The position numbers and the translations under genes were made by a program. Shown piece after piece: positions 21,433-34,657 of a stretch of 36,977 nt of DNA. Under the pieces are notes generated by a model. The model had not been told where the DNA came from. It searched no databases and saw only the letters and a list, made by a program, of their open reading frames with translations. Location of the stretch: positions 1 through 36,977 of the forward strand of contig JAHLWZ010000460.1 in NCBI GenBank assembly GCA_020536535.1, written 5' to 3'. Source of the DNA: Pelomyxa schiedti (lineage: Eukaryota > Protista > Evosea). Every line of letters starts with the position of its first letter. The first letter of the stretch is position 1.

Positions 21433-22725
21433 TTAGGATTTGGTCATGTACTCCTCCATGTCTTGGTTCAGCTGGTCAACCGTCACACTACATGGTGGTA
21501 AGTGATTTGTTGGTTATTATCAAGGCACTTACGGTTCACGCTTGGGACCAGACCTGCCCAATGAGGACCTCCTCCGCCCTAGGCGAGCTGGGCTGCCGGA
21601 TATAGGGGCCCGACTACAAAGGGGTTAGGCGAAGACTTGCACGAAAAGAGCGGAAAAGTTACTTGGGCTTGATGACAAACACGGAGCGATTTCTTGGCTT
21701 TTGTTGCATGACGGCAGTGGTCATGGATTCTTTCATATTCCTAGGGTGTAATCTTAGAGTTTACAACTGTGCCGGAACTGGCTCACTGTTGTGAAGTATA
21801 CAAAACGGTTCCCTTGTGATGGATCTTCATAGGCTGCAAACAAAGTTAAAGAGGAAGGGGGAGGAGGGAGGGGGTGATACCACTCCATCAAGCATTACAC
21901 CGTTGTACTTATTGATAGCTTCCATGGCATCATCTGCATGTTTGAAAACAACCTATCCAACCAAGCATAAATATGATGGTTGATAGGAGGTTGAGATCAA
22001 TAAAAGGGTAAAACGGCACTGCCCACTCAAAAAACACATTGCAGAGGGGCGGGAGGAGGGTGGTGGTCGACCAGCCTTGTTGTAACGCTGGTGTTGTGTG
22101 TGCAGTGCGTGTTGCAACTAGCCAGACTCATAACGACAACGCAATGGTAAAGAGCGGCAGCTCTATGAAAAAGTAAAAGAAGAAAATACCTGCAAAGAAA
22201 AGATGAGTATGTTGAAGGAGAGTAATTAACTTACCTCAGCAATACCCAGAGGGCGCGAAGAACGGGCGTCATACATCAGGCGGCACGTCACAAGTGGGCC
22301 GACCTTGGAGAACAGCACCTGCATATCTTGCTCGGTAACGTTGGGTCTCAAACCCGCAACCTGCAACGCAGAGCCTTCGATGATCCTAATTGTGCGGGTG
22401 AGTTTCTACCAAAGACACATGGACATCCGCACCCGTTACCCACACGTGGGCCCAGTCTACTCATTACATCAGACCCTCCTCCGCGCCTCCTGTTGCCCCC
22501 ACTAGCCAAAGTGGACCCAACCAAGTTTGCGTCGGTCATAGCCTCCACCTCGTCATAGAAATCATGTGGCCACACATCCTCTCCCCCAACTTCCTGGACG
22601 TCGCCGTATCGTCCTCCCCTGTTCCTCCTTGAAGGCCTGAACGTAGCGCCGCTAGTTGCTGATGCAACAGCCCTCTGGTACCTCACTGCTCCCCTCCCTC
22701 TGACATTGATGTCGTCACCGTCCAT
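21433..22725 (-). CDS. ALYREF: ALY/REF (THOC4/Yra1)-like mRNA export adaptor
   Basis: R/G-rich N-terminus with WPHDFY (WxHD motif). RRM LCVAGLRPNVTEQDMQVLFSKVG...MYDARSSRPSGIAE/VVFKHADDAMEAINKYNGVMLDG. Spliced C-terminal UBM PVTVDQLNQDMEEYMTKS, stop at 21433-21435. Confidence 0.85.
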
Positions 22726-23087
22726 CGTGTTGTGTATGTGTTGTTCGTAAGCTGAACACGAAAGTTAAAGAAAAGGGGCAGTGTGTCGTCTTTTGTCGTC
22801 TTTTTACCGGTGTCGCGACGCGCGTGTTGCTTCCCAAGGCCTTTTTTTTTGTTGTTAGAAATAGCAACTGCAGGAGTTTAGCTTCCGCTTTTTGGATAGA
22901 ACCAGTTGTGCTATTATTATTCACAAACAAAAAAATACCCGAACACACGGAGTGGTCTCACACTGTCCTGGTTGTGGCTGCTGTTGTTGCATTGTTGTGT
23001 AATGTGGTGGTGGTGTTGTTCTCATTTGGCGGGATGGGTGAATTGTAATTTTGGGGTGTTTGGCTTGGGGTTTTGTGGGAAGGTAGG

Positions 23088-26000
23088 TTAGAAGGCTTTG
23101 GCAGCTTTGATCTTCTTTGCCGTGTCAATGGCTGGTGCTAGGGCTTGCGGGGTGCTGGCTTTGCGTAGGAAGGGGTGTGTTAGCATGTCTACGGCGTTGG
23201 GCCTAGCGTCCGGTGATTTCTCCAGGCAGGTGTTGACAAATGACACGAACTCAGGGGACCACGCCTCAGTCGCGTTCTTGAGGGGCGGAACTCCTTTGGT
23301 GGATATGAGGAACAGTGCGCGGAGCGGAGGGAACTCCATGTACGGGGGCTCTCCTTCAGCCATCTCCATGCACATGATGCCGGTGCTCCAGACATCCACC
23401 TTGGTGTTGTAATTCTGACCACTGTGGGATTTGAGACATAATTTTAAAAGGAAACTCCAACAAACCGAATAACTTCAGGACACATCCAATAACTACAGAC
23501 GAAGTTAGATTGCTTACAAATAAAGATAAAGCAGTTAGCTTACGGGGTTCCAACTATTGTTGCCCTCTGTTTCTTCTGTTGAGTTAATTGGGCTGCGTAT
23601 CCTATGGGAGAAAAGTAAGAAATTAAGAAACATTGGTGCAAAACTAGTACCAAAGTCTGCCAGTTTGACCGAACCCTCCAGTGATAGAAGAACGTTGTCG
23701 CTTTTCACATCTCTAAAGGATAGTTAGGCAGGACAACAGGTTATGCTGTTACCGGTGAATTCTATGCAGACTGTGTACATACGACAGTGCTTTAATAACA
23801 CAGAGAGTAATCTATGTTGTGTTCATTTCTGTCTTAGGTAATTCTACTTAGATTACATATGCAATTTGATCTTCCTTTAGTTTCAATTGAGAAAATTGAT
23901 CAAGTATTTCGGTCAGGCATCCACCAGACATGAACTGCAGAACGTGGGTCAGAAGAAAAGGCACAACATGAATGGCTGACCTCCATCACAACCCATAATC
24001 TATCTTTGACAAGGTAACTGTCAATATATTCCACAATATGTGGATGCCGACTTGTTTTCATGATTGCAATCTCCGCTGTTATTAGTCTGAGGTTTTGTTG
24101 TGTTAAAGTCATTTTCTTGACAGCAACAGGTCGGCGGCTACTCTTGTGGAAACATAGGAAAATTTCACCTGCCGCACCCTCTCCAATCTTCTTGGATTCT
24201 TGATAGACCTGAAGAAAGGCACTATTATTAGTGGGAGAAAGAAGGAACTATCGATACTTCATTAGGGTCTCCTCTGGCAACCATGTCATGAATGTTCGAT
24301 GGCGCTTCTTCGGGGAGAGGTGTGTTTTCTAATTCTGGCTCGGGAATGGCTCCAGAGGATGGTGACGAAGCAGAAGACCCAGTGGGCCGTGAAACGGAGA
24401 AAATAAGGTTATTTGAATCCTGGTTTTGTTGTGTTGCTTGAGATGTACTGTACGTTTCAAGGCAGTTAATCATTTCCTCTGGGTGGTCCAGAACTTCTTC
24501 TTTTTTGAACTAAGACTTATGAGATTGTTGTGCGCATTTTTTGAGGTACACATACCCCACCACCAATAATCAGGGCTTCCCATTCAGGTGGAAGGCCAAC
24601 AAAACCCGTCCTTGCATTAAAATCGACATGAATGTGGTGCTGCACATTGTATGGAACTCCAACTTACACAGCAGAACCTACTAACAATACGGTACTCTTG
24701 CCTGCTTTCTTTTTTCTAACCTAACCACTGGCACAGACTTATGTCCCTGAGAGTGGTACCACCCCACCACCAATAATCAGGGCTTCCCATTCAGGTGGAA
24801 GGCCAACAAAACCCGTCCTTGCATTAAAATCGACATGAATGTGGTGCTGCACATTGTATGGAACTCCAACCGATAATGGCGCTACTGGCTTTGCAAATAC
24901 TTTCCATTGCTAAAACAGTCAGAATTCTACATACGCAAAGGAGCACACCTGCTGAAGTTTTGATAAAAAGCTTGTCTTCCCAGTATCATGGTCAGTCGTT
25001 GACACAACAAGAGGGCGTTGAACAGGTATAGTTTTCATGGGCATCCCTCTTCCTGAAATAGGCGTGGCTGGAGTAGAGGGTGGTGGGCTGGTACCACTCT
25101 CAGGGACATAAGTCTGTGCCAGTGGTTAGGTTAGAAAAAAGAAAGCAGGCAAGAGTACCGTATTGTTAGTAGGTTCTGCTGTGTAAGTTGGAGTTGGAGG
25201 AGGGGAAGAGGAAGGTGATCTGTCAAAGGCTGTTTCGTCAAACCAGTCTTCACCATTAGGGTTTGAGGTGGAAGTTGATGATGAAGTAGTAGTAGAGGGA
25301 GTAGCAGTCAAAACACTTGGTGATTGTGGTGATGAGGGGGAAGTGGGTGATGGGACCTCCCCGGGAGTAGGGGAGGGAGACGTAACTTGTCGTGTTGTGG
25401 AGGTGGGAGGGAGAGGGGGTGGAGGAGGACGTGTTCCAGGAAGAGGAGGTTTGGCGGTTTTTAATTGTTTAGGTGGGTTTGATTGAGGTGGGGGTGGAGG
25501 TGGATTACCAGGAGGGGCTGGTGGAGTCTAATAGCAGGTTTAAATAAATTCTGAACGAGAAAATGTACCGTTTTGGTTGCTGGTAAAGGCCTAATAGACG
25601 TTAATTGAGAATACCAGTATGAAGGAGGTACCTATTCACACTAGCAGTTCTTGTCACCCTTGACGGAATTGCAGGTGGCGTAGTGCTGCCTGTTGGGGTC
25701 TGCGGAATTGGCCGTGAAGGCGGTGGCATCAGTAATGCTGACATGCGTGCTATTTAAGGATAAGGACTTTGGTTTATAGGGTTATTATTGGTACCAGGGT
25801 TTGAAGCAAGGCTGCCATTCGTAGACGTGTTCGCGCAAGTGGAGCCGTTAGTGGTGGATGGTTGGTACAAGTTTGCCCCGCCGTACCCACTGTATTCCGG
25901 GGACTGCTGCAAGAGAAAAATAATCACAATCAGGACTATTCACCCACGCATGCAAAACAAAAAGTATTTATTATTGTTTTTAATAAAGCAAGCGCAAATT

Positions 26001-26096
26001 GTATCGCTAGATTATGGTAGAGGTTTTTTTCTAAGAAAAGAAGCGGAGCGGGAGGAATGGTAATGGCACCGTATCGTCAGTTGCGGTTGTGCACAT
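23088..26096 (-). CDS. PAK: PAK/STE20-family kinase with Pro-rich N-terminus and CRIB (PBD) domain; start position uncertain
   Basis: CRIB VGVPYNVQHHIHVDFNARTGFVGLPPEWEALI. Kinase IGEGAAGEIF, VAVKKM, EIAIMKTSRHPHIVEYIDSY, HRDVKSDN, DFGYAAQL, TIVGTP, DVWSTGIMCMEMAEGEPPYMEFPPLRALFLI. Confidence 0.93.
24554..24870. repeat. Direct duplication of the CRIB-coding segment (24554-24663 = 24761-24870) separated by an inverted copy of 25089-25195
   Basis: 110-nt identical direct repeats; 24655-24761 is the reverse complement of 25089-25195. Confidence 0.95.
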
Positions 26097-26297
26097 TGTT
26101 ACCGTGTCTTCGACAATCGTCGGTCCCTACCCCGCTAACAGCAGCCTTCCCCACCTTTTTTTTTTTTCTGTTTGTCTTGTCTCTTTTCAAGAAAACGAGA
26201 TGGGGAAACGAATGATTGAAGCAGATCTGAGTCTTTTTTTAGACCCTGGGGGGCACACCAGGCTTTTTTGGTGGGTAGCGTGGTCAAATAAATAAAC

Positions 26298-29200
26298 TCA
26301 CAAGGTGTTGTTGTTAGTGTTACTGGTGGGATGTGGCTTTGGTGGTGGTGTTGGCTTATGATGTGGTGGTGGTTGTGATGATGATGGTGGTGACTTGGAT
26401 GGGGGTGCAGGGACAGGCCTGGGGCTGTGCCCCCGTGGTTGTTGTTGTTGTTGGTTGTTGTTGTTCGTTGTGGTTGATGTTGATGTTGATTGTTGTGCCT
26501 CGGTGGTACTACTACTGGTTGCGTTTGTGATTATGGTGTTTGTTGTGGGTGGTGGTTGCGGGTGTGTGGTAGTATTATTAGTGACATGGGAGCGTGTGTG
26601 GTGTGCTGGTGCGGTTGCTGTTGCTGTTGGTTGTGATTGTGGTTGTGGTTGTGGTTGTGGTTGTGAGGACGATGGGGGCTGGGGCATTGGCCTGGGTTTG
26701 GGTCTGGTTCCCGTACTCCCTGGTTGGTTGTGATATGGGCGTCAGTTTATGTTAATTATTATTATTTCATTAGTGACTGTTGGGTGTACCTTGAGTGGGG
26801 GGATTTGGCCTTGGCCGGTGTGTGGTAGTTGGTGACGAGGTAGCCGCTATTGTTATTGTTGGTGGTGCTGGTGTTGGTGTCGAAAGCGATGCAGAGGATT
26901 GCGGTGCTGTTGATGATGAAGACGCCGTTGTTGAAGAAGATGTGGGGGAAGAATTAGTATCGGTGTTGGCTTCTATTGTTGCTGCGGAAACAGATGTGGT
27001 TCCGGTGGAAGCTGGATTCGAAATGACCGTGGTGGTGTCTGGGGGTGAATTTGATGATATGGAAGAACTGGTAGGTGGTAATGACAAAGGAGGTGTGCTA
27101 CTGGTGGTAGTACTTGGCGTGCTCTCTGTGGTTGGCTCACTGGGTTGTGTGTTTGGTGCGGTGGGTGGTAGGTCCGGTGTGCTGGATGATGGGACAGAGC
27201 AAGTGGAGGAGTCTGGAGGAGAAGAGCTCAGGTCGGATGTGTGTTCCTTGAGGAGCGGTGATTCAGTTCTGGAATTTTGTATTTGAGTGGTTGTTGCCTC
27301 CTCGGGAGTGGGTTGTTGGGGTATTTCAGGGGGAGGAGGAGGAATGGGTTCCTCGTCTGTGATTGGGGGTGGAAGTTCCGGAGATTTTGAACGAGGTTCC
27401 GGGATTACAGTTCGATGCGGTGGCGGTGGTGATGGTGTGTGAGCATGAGAGGGGGGTGGAGGGGGTGGTTTCTTAGGTGGTGGCCGTGGGTGTGACGGGC
27501 GTATTGTTGGTGAATCCGGAGCAGGAACAACAGAATCATCCGATGATTGTGAACCGGACTGATTGAGTGGTTTCTGAGTGGTCACCGGCGGAGTAGGAGT
27601 GTTTTGTGGCGACTGCTGCGGGGCAGATGGAGGTGCTGAAGTATCGGCCTTCCTTGGAGAGTCTAGGTGGGCAGTTACAGATACAGTTGCGCATTAAAAT
27701 AAAATAACCTGTAACCACAGCAACAACTTGCTGTGCAATTTTTGAAAGCTGGGCACTGCTGACTCCAGGTTGGGTTACTGATGCAGAGGGGAGTCCTGAC
27801 CCACTGGCTCTTCCTCTTTTAGCTGTGTCCCCTCTGGCGGTGGTGACTTGGTTTGCTATTTCCTGAAAAACATAAGACAATGCCAAACTTCTGCATTGAA
27901 CCTCCACTTGCTCAGGAGAGAGGAATTTTATAACAGGCGGAGGTTCTTTAAATTCTTTGCGTTGAAATCCGCCAATAAGCTCGGCATCATACTTAGCTAA
28001 CTAGTTCCATCAGAACGGGATAAATTCAGTATTGCAACAAAGACCTGGTTATGATTTTCCATCATAATTTTGCTAAGCTTAACAATCAGTGGGAGTGAAT
28101 CCACTGCCTCAAGCTCATGGGCGGGGCGCAGTATGAAAGGACCAAATATTGTGCAAACCTGTTGAACGAATAAGGCAAATACTTGGACTGGACAACCTTC
28201 TCCATTTTTAAATTGCATGATTCCGCCCAATACCGGAGAAATGCAAGTAAAAAGGATAAAACAGAGAGGTTTGGTCCTGGTGCTTGGTGCATGTGCCATT
28301 TTAGATTAGATAAGTCAGGTTTTTCTCCTGTTCGTTTTGAGCTGGGTTTTTTTTTTCGGGAATGTCTTAACCTGCCAGAACTTGTTCCCCAATTTTTGAG
28401 AACTTAGGCCACAAACTATAAGTCAGAAGCGGTTCGGGTAACTCTGCTAAGAAAACTCGAACAAGCTCCCCAATTGCATTGTTGTCTACACCACATAAAT
28501 CCACATCTTGCCCTATGTCAAACAGTTAATTGCAATTCTAACCGTCATAAGGGAAACCAGAATCATAAAGAGATTTGAGCTTTTCAATTGGAGATAATGG
28601 TCCCTCAGTTGTGAATATTTTTTCCGATGTCAATGCTGTTTCGATTTTAGGAGTACTTCGTCATAAAATAACATACCATGGTTATATAAATGCTCCAAAG
28701 ACTCCCGAAGGGAAAGAGGCACAAGGGAGCAAGTCATATGAGAAGCAACGATTTTCAGGTCAATTCCAAACTGCTTTGTGCGCTCTGTGGAAAATGAAAC
28801 TTGGGGCATGGCAGTTAATAGACGTACCATTAACTCTTGACTAAATTGATGTGAAAAATAAAAACGGTTGGAAAAAGTGAAAAACCTGGGAAGTAAGCAA
28901 TTGGAACCAGTTACGGGTAGTGTCCTCATTTGCACAAGAAATCTATTGATCATGTAAAGGCACTGCCGGGTGAGAACTAACATACAACAAGAGGGCTTTT
29001 GGGAATTTTGATTATGGGCTTCAGCATCACAGCAAGTTGTGTCCCGTCTTTGACATACACAACATCATAGTACTGCAGTGACAAAATTCTTTTGGGGGCT
29101 GGAGCCTGGGGGATGGTCAAATGGACAATCGACAGGGAAAAAAAAATACCTGTAGTGTAGTATAGCACAGTAATAAACCATCAACAGCGACAAGCCAACG

Positions 29201-32200
29201 TGGTTTTTCTCGTGCGGGTAATCTTCTTTTTGTTGTGAGGTCTAAATGAGTGGGCTTGCTCCTTTGACAATCCAGTTTGCTCATGTATCCACACAATACA
29301 CCTTCCATCTGTAAAAAATGAAAATGAGGCAAGGGAAACAGGCAGCAGAACGTTGTTGAAAGTCTGCAACCGGGTTCTTATTCCATCTTCTGTTTCTACC
29401 CTCTTTTTGTATGTTAGTAAAAAGAGATTACAATTTTTTTCATACAGATAATCTTTGAACGGCACAAGCTACAAGCAATCCGTTGGCAGAGATACCAATT
29501 TCGTTGTAGGACTGTTTAGCATGAACCCACTTCACTGCTGGTGGTAAGAAATTCAAAAAGGTCTTAGATGGATACAAATAGAGCCATTCTCATAATGAAA
29601 GAAAATCAGTTCAGTCGTCGAGTCAAAAGCAGATGCCAAAATCGGTGTCATGAGGGACAGAGGAGCATTGCAGTCCAGAATGGGCTCTATGAAATAGAAT
29701 TAAATCTGCAAAGAAAATAGCCAAGCATACGGTAAATAATGCAGGAATCATTACTGATATAGGCAATGTGAACAAAAGTAGGAGAGGATAAAATGGCAAA
29801 ATACTCCCCCTGCACAAAGGTAACACAAAACTGACAAAATAAAAAAAATACATACTCCTTTTTTTGTGTAGGTAGGATTAGAGGTAATAAGATCCTTAAT
29901 TGACATGTGATCATTTGTAACAAACGCTGGTACACTTTTGCTTGCTGGAATCACAAAAGAAAATCCACTGCCTCGGCTAGGTTGGCGAGGGGGTGAAGGG
30001 TTGGCGTTTGGAACGGTGGGGGTGGGTGCTGATGTAGATGGGAGAGGGTTTGTAGGAAGTGTTGTCATGGGAGTAGGTTTCTTTGTGGGCTTTTGCTTGG
30101 AATACCATTTTTCCAAAATTATTCTTCACAAGGCTCAGAAAAAAAAATTTGGAAGGGAACAAACCTAGTTGCATCAGCAACAGTACAATTACAGGGTACA
30201 GAAAAAAGGGTAGGCTCGAATTCTGCTGGTAGTAACACATTTACACTTGACTCCTCTCCAGTGAATATAGTCACTAGAGAAGAGGCTATAACAGAGTCTT
30301 CAGCTCCTTCAGAACTCGGTGAGTTTGTGGGTGTGCCAGCAGCAATTAAAGCAACTGTAGAAGCACCAACATTGATTTTTGAATCAGTGCCCTCAGCTCC
30401 CCGAGGTTCAATTCTATGTCAAGATAAGAGAGATGGGTGAGGCAAATACTACATTAAAGAGCGCTTGTAGCAAGCATCCTCTGAGTAGGCTAAAGCGCGG
30501 GACGATATCCAATCGCAGACTGTTTCAACAGTCTCTAAACAGTAGGGACTTTGTTGATATTGCTGAATTTCCAGAATTACTGTTGCCTTTTTGAGGTGAG
30601 CTACGCGTTTTGGTTGTTGCACATACAAGGAGACGGCATTTATTGAAATTCACGTTTTCTCCAAGCCAAGTTTGGTTTCCTTCCTCTGTTTGCAGTAAGC
30701 AGTAGTTAAGTCAATTTTTATTCCGATTACCAATGAATGTGAGGTCCGTCTGATAAATTCCAAGATAGGGAATACAGGGCTAATATGGGTTATTCTTTAC
30801 TGTAAGATTAAGGAGAGATGATCCTACCAAAGGAACACTGTGCAGTTTTTTTCTCATCTCAGCATAGTTTTTGGCATTGTTTGTAAGTTCTCGCAAGTAA
30901 TCAAACACTTTCGTATGCCAAGCTGAGATAGCCTTGGTTTTTTAAAAAAAGTGTTGGCATAATGAGATATGTTTAAGGTGTTAATGTACATTCCAGGTCT
31001 TCTTCAGGCGGAAAATAGCACTGTTTGTGAGTCCGGCAATAATTTCCATCACAGCATTATAGTTGTGTAGATCGTCAAGCCACTAAGTAACTTTAATTTT
31101 CGTTAAATATTTTTTTTAATTCACATTTCCCAGCTCAATGAACATCTCCATTTTTTTTATACGGGAGGATAGGTCCTCTGCCTCGCATATCTCTTCCACA
31201 ACCCAATGGCTTATCTGTGTCGCATAAATACAAAAAAATTACACAATCTTATCTGACCTTGTTAAAATGTTGAACCATCTTAGAAACGTTGGGTGCCAGG
31301 GATTTGTCTTTTTTTGTCCAAGCCAAGCCAATCAACTCCCATGGTTTTATAGCACGGAACATCGATTGCTCAATAAGGGTAATCTGCCTGGCAATTTCTC
31401 GAAGCTATATCAGTTAAAGAAGGGAATGAACACAAAGGTGACTACATGAATGGTGTTCATAGACAGAGTATCAACTGGGAAGGGGTGACCAAGGGCCATA
31501 ACAAGAGGGACAAGTGGGGCAGGAAAAGGGGTATCAAATACTGTTTTTCGCTTCGTTTCTTCTCCGGAGACCTTATTGCCTTGAGAAGATATTGGAGAAA
31601 GATGGGGTTACTGATTTATTGATTGCTTTGATTAATTTGTCTGAAGCAACTTTCATTACTGGGGCGGAAGCTGTTGCAAATTCTCTGAGCTTTTCTACAA
31701 GTTCTGGATTTGTCCCACTATTCCATAGCCGCTCTACCCAGTTTGTGAGGACAATGAATACTCTGGTGATATCTCAGGTGAAAACTGGCTATTGAGTTCT
31801 TACCTAAGTCTAATTGGAAATACAACTGCTTTCATGAAGACTTCACGGTCTTCTGGTGATGTAATTGAATCTGGAGGTTCTTTATTGTACCTGTAAGTAG
31901 TCAATTACAATTTCTGGATTGCTGGAATACCTATTCACAAGAAGCTCCAAAAGTCTGATTGGTGTTGTGTGGGCTGAAAATGTCAACAAAAAATGGTGCA
32001 TGAATTGAGTGTCTGTTGATGTTTGTTCGGTTTGGCACAGGAACGTATTAACCAACCTGAACCATATTTTTCTGTTGTTAATCTTATTATGAGGGCTTCA
32101 GGTGTTCCAGCTTTCACTTGTCCACCTTCAACAACAAGAGATTGTCTGAAATTCCTGAGCACTAGAAAATAAAAGGGACAGGCTGTACACACAGCTGGAT

Positions 32201-33107
32201 GAAATCGTTGTCTTTTGGCTTCTTCTTGCTGTTGGCATGCCTGGTACCACCTGTGCCACTAATAAATACAACTCCACTCCCAGTGGCAGTATTGTTTTCT
32301 TTTGGATTGCCTGTAGATTCCGTCCCTGTTGGTTGCTGCGCACTTAAAGAAGAGCTTGTAGGAGGGAGAGACTCTGAGGCCAATCCAGAGCTTCCAAACA
32401 TCCTATGAGAAGCAAAAGAAGTGCTCTTCAAGCCCTCCACGCTCATACTCCTCTCAGTCCTTTGGTGGCTGGTATACGATCCCCGCACACACCTCCCAGC
32501 CAAAAACCCCCCAGTACCCCTGGATGCACCCTGCTCAGCTAAATGCCAACAGTAAGTGGGAATTGCATGCACACACAAACAGTAATATTAATTAATTACA
32601 CAGAGCCAACCGATTTGATGTCGAATTGAAAATCAAACAAGCAACACATATACATCTCCATCTATATATAGATGTCGCACCACTAGGGGGGGCTGCGGCC
32701 CCCGAGCCCGAGCTGCTGCCGCTGGAGCCCGAGCCCGAGCCATTGTTAACCCCCTCGTCGCCCCCCTCGCCCGGCAGCGGGGGCGGCGGCGGCGGCACCT
32801 CGTCGTCGTCGTCGGGCTCGGGCGGCGGCGGATGCGGCGGGGGCGGGATGAAGTCTGCGTCGTTCTGCTGTTGCTGCTGCTGGTCCACCCCTTGCCTGTT
32901 ATTATCGCCTTCGTCGACGGCGGGCGGGGGTGGCGGTGGTGGCGGCGGTTGTGCTGACGAGGAGGACGACGATGATGATGACGCCATGGGGGGCGCAGGG
33001 GATTGCTGTTGTTGTGGCTGCGACTGTGGCTGTGGGGACGACGAGGAGGGTACCTTGCTGATATGGCTGTTGTGGTTGTGGTTGTGGTTGGAGTGCCTCA
33101 GTAGCAT
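26298..33107 (-). CDS. Large multi-exon protein: Pro-rich N-terminus - REM - RasGEF (CDC25) - PH - RhoGAP-like - Pro/Ser/Thr-rich tail
   Basis: REM VKAGTPEALIIRLT..FMHHFLLTF..TTPIRLLELL. CDC25 LHNYNAVMEIIAGLTNSAIFRLKKTW, PCIPYLGIYQTDLTFI, VNFNKCR. PH GYMSK..PRWLVAVDGLLLCY..PKRILSL. RhoGAP FGIDL..VPLSLRESLEHL..LAFLRYW..TIFGPFILRP. The reading frame continues past the GEF end (IEPRGAEG...), supporting a single gene. Confidence 0.8.
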
Positions 33108-33302
33108 GTGGTGGTGGGTGGGGGGTGATGGATGTTACGCTACCGACCTACCCCCTTTTTTTTCGTTGTTGGTCGTTGTTGTTGTTTGGGGGGTGCCCGC
33201 CGCCGGCGTAAGTTTTTTCGGTGGTTGCGAAAACGACGAAAGGCCGCACGTGCCACGCAACTTTTTTTAGGGAAATCTGTCGGCAGACGAAGTAAGCGAT
33301 GA

Positions 33303-34494
33303 TCACGAGGAAAATATTTGATTCTTGGGCCTTAGGGGTTCCTTTGAGGCAATTTGCTTGGTGCAGGCTGGGCATTTGGCTATGTGTTTGGCACACAGGG
33401 AGCAAAGTACTGTGTGGCCACAGGGATGGACCCTCACCTCCCTTTTGTTCTCAAAGCATACAATGCACAGTGAGCCCATTGAGAGCGAGGTCTGGGGGTG
33501 CAGTGTAGACAGTGCTTGTAGCATGAGGGCTTTGTGAAGTGCCTGTGTTACTGTGGTTGTTGCTTCATTGAGGAAGCTGGGGGTCAGGGCTGAGAGGTCA
33601 TCTATTTTATCATCCAAGAGGGATAAAGTCTGGCTGAGAAGCGTGGCTTTCTGGGTGGCTTGTTCCAGTGTGTTGTGGTGTGCCGACAGTTCATTTTGCA
33701 GCTGTTGAACTTCGCCTTCAAGGGAATGCAACTCAGAATGAAGACGGGAAAGAATCCCCTGAACTCGAGTCAATTCTTCAGCAAGTTCTGAGAATGCTAC
33801 TTGGCATTCTCTGCCGATTTCAGTGAGACAAGAGGGTAGTGTGATGTCTCTATCTGTGTTTGCTGGGATAGGTTGTGAATCTAGAATACTGTCACTTGTG
33901 GGGTGCAGTTGCTCTGGAGAGCATAGTTGGTGGGTTTGTGATACAGGTAGTTTTGCATGGCCATTAGATTGGGTTCCTGGTTGTTGGTGCCTGGAACAGA
34001 TTGCCTGAGAAAGCTTCTGTTGTACACAAGTGAGAGTAACAACAGCAGTTTCAATTGTGTCAGATGAGTACAACTCAGGAGGACCACAAAACGTTTTCGC
34101 TGTCACTTTCTTCTCTAGAATTTGTAGCTGCCCTTCAACCTGGGTTTGTTAGGATCTTCTTAACGAAAATTTGGTCACTGCACTTTGACATAGTCTTAAA
34201 CACAGATTCCAAATAAATTACCTCAGTTGTTCTTGTTCGAGTAGTTTCAATCTGTCCCATAATTGTTGCCTTTTCTCCCTTCAACCTCTTGGTTGCATCG
34301 TAAGAGCTCTTCATGTCAGCCTCTAACCCCCTCCCATAATCGCGGCACCTGCGCGCTGCAGCCGCAGCCGCCAAAGACGCAGATACCGCCACCTCTGCCA
34401 ACGATGACACTCTGTCCAAATCTCCAGTTTTGTTCCTAGTCTCAGATACAACCGTTGCCGATACGCCCCTACGTCGGGGCTTCCTTTTCCCCAT
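33303..34494 (-). CDS. Coiled-coil protein with C-terminal C3HC4 RING finger (IAP/MGRN-like RING type)
   Basis: CIVCFENKREVRVHPCGHTVLCSLCAKHIAKCPAC. Heptad region LAEELTRVQGILSRLHSELHSLEGEVQQLQNEL. One intron (~34139-34221) joins the MGKRKPRRR exon. Confidence 0.85.
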
Positions 34495-34657
34495 TCTCTT
34501 TTTCGCGATTGTATGATTGGGGACTGCTCCCCAGTAGGTCACTCCGAGAGTTGCGACTCCGCAGGGCGGTACTGAGGAAAACCATGTGATTAAACAAATC
34601 CCGCCTCGGGGTTTTTTCTGATCTTTTCATCATTCAGTTAAAAACAAGGAAAGGAAG

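Noticed and set aside
20425-21620. 13-nt match cccgactacaaag at ~20426 and ~21608
   Set aside because: Isolated short match, one coding and one at a splice acceptor; compatible with chance.
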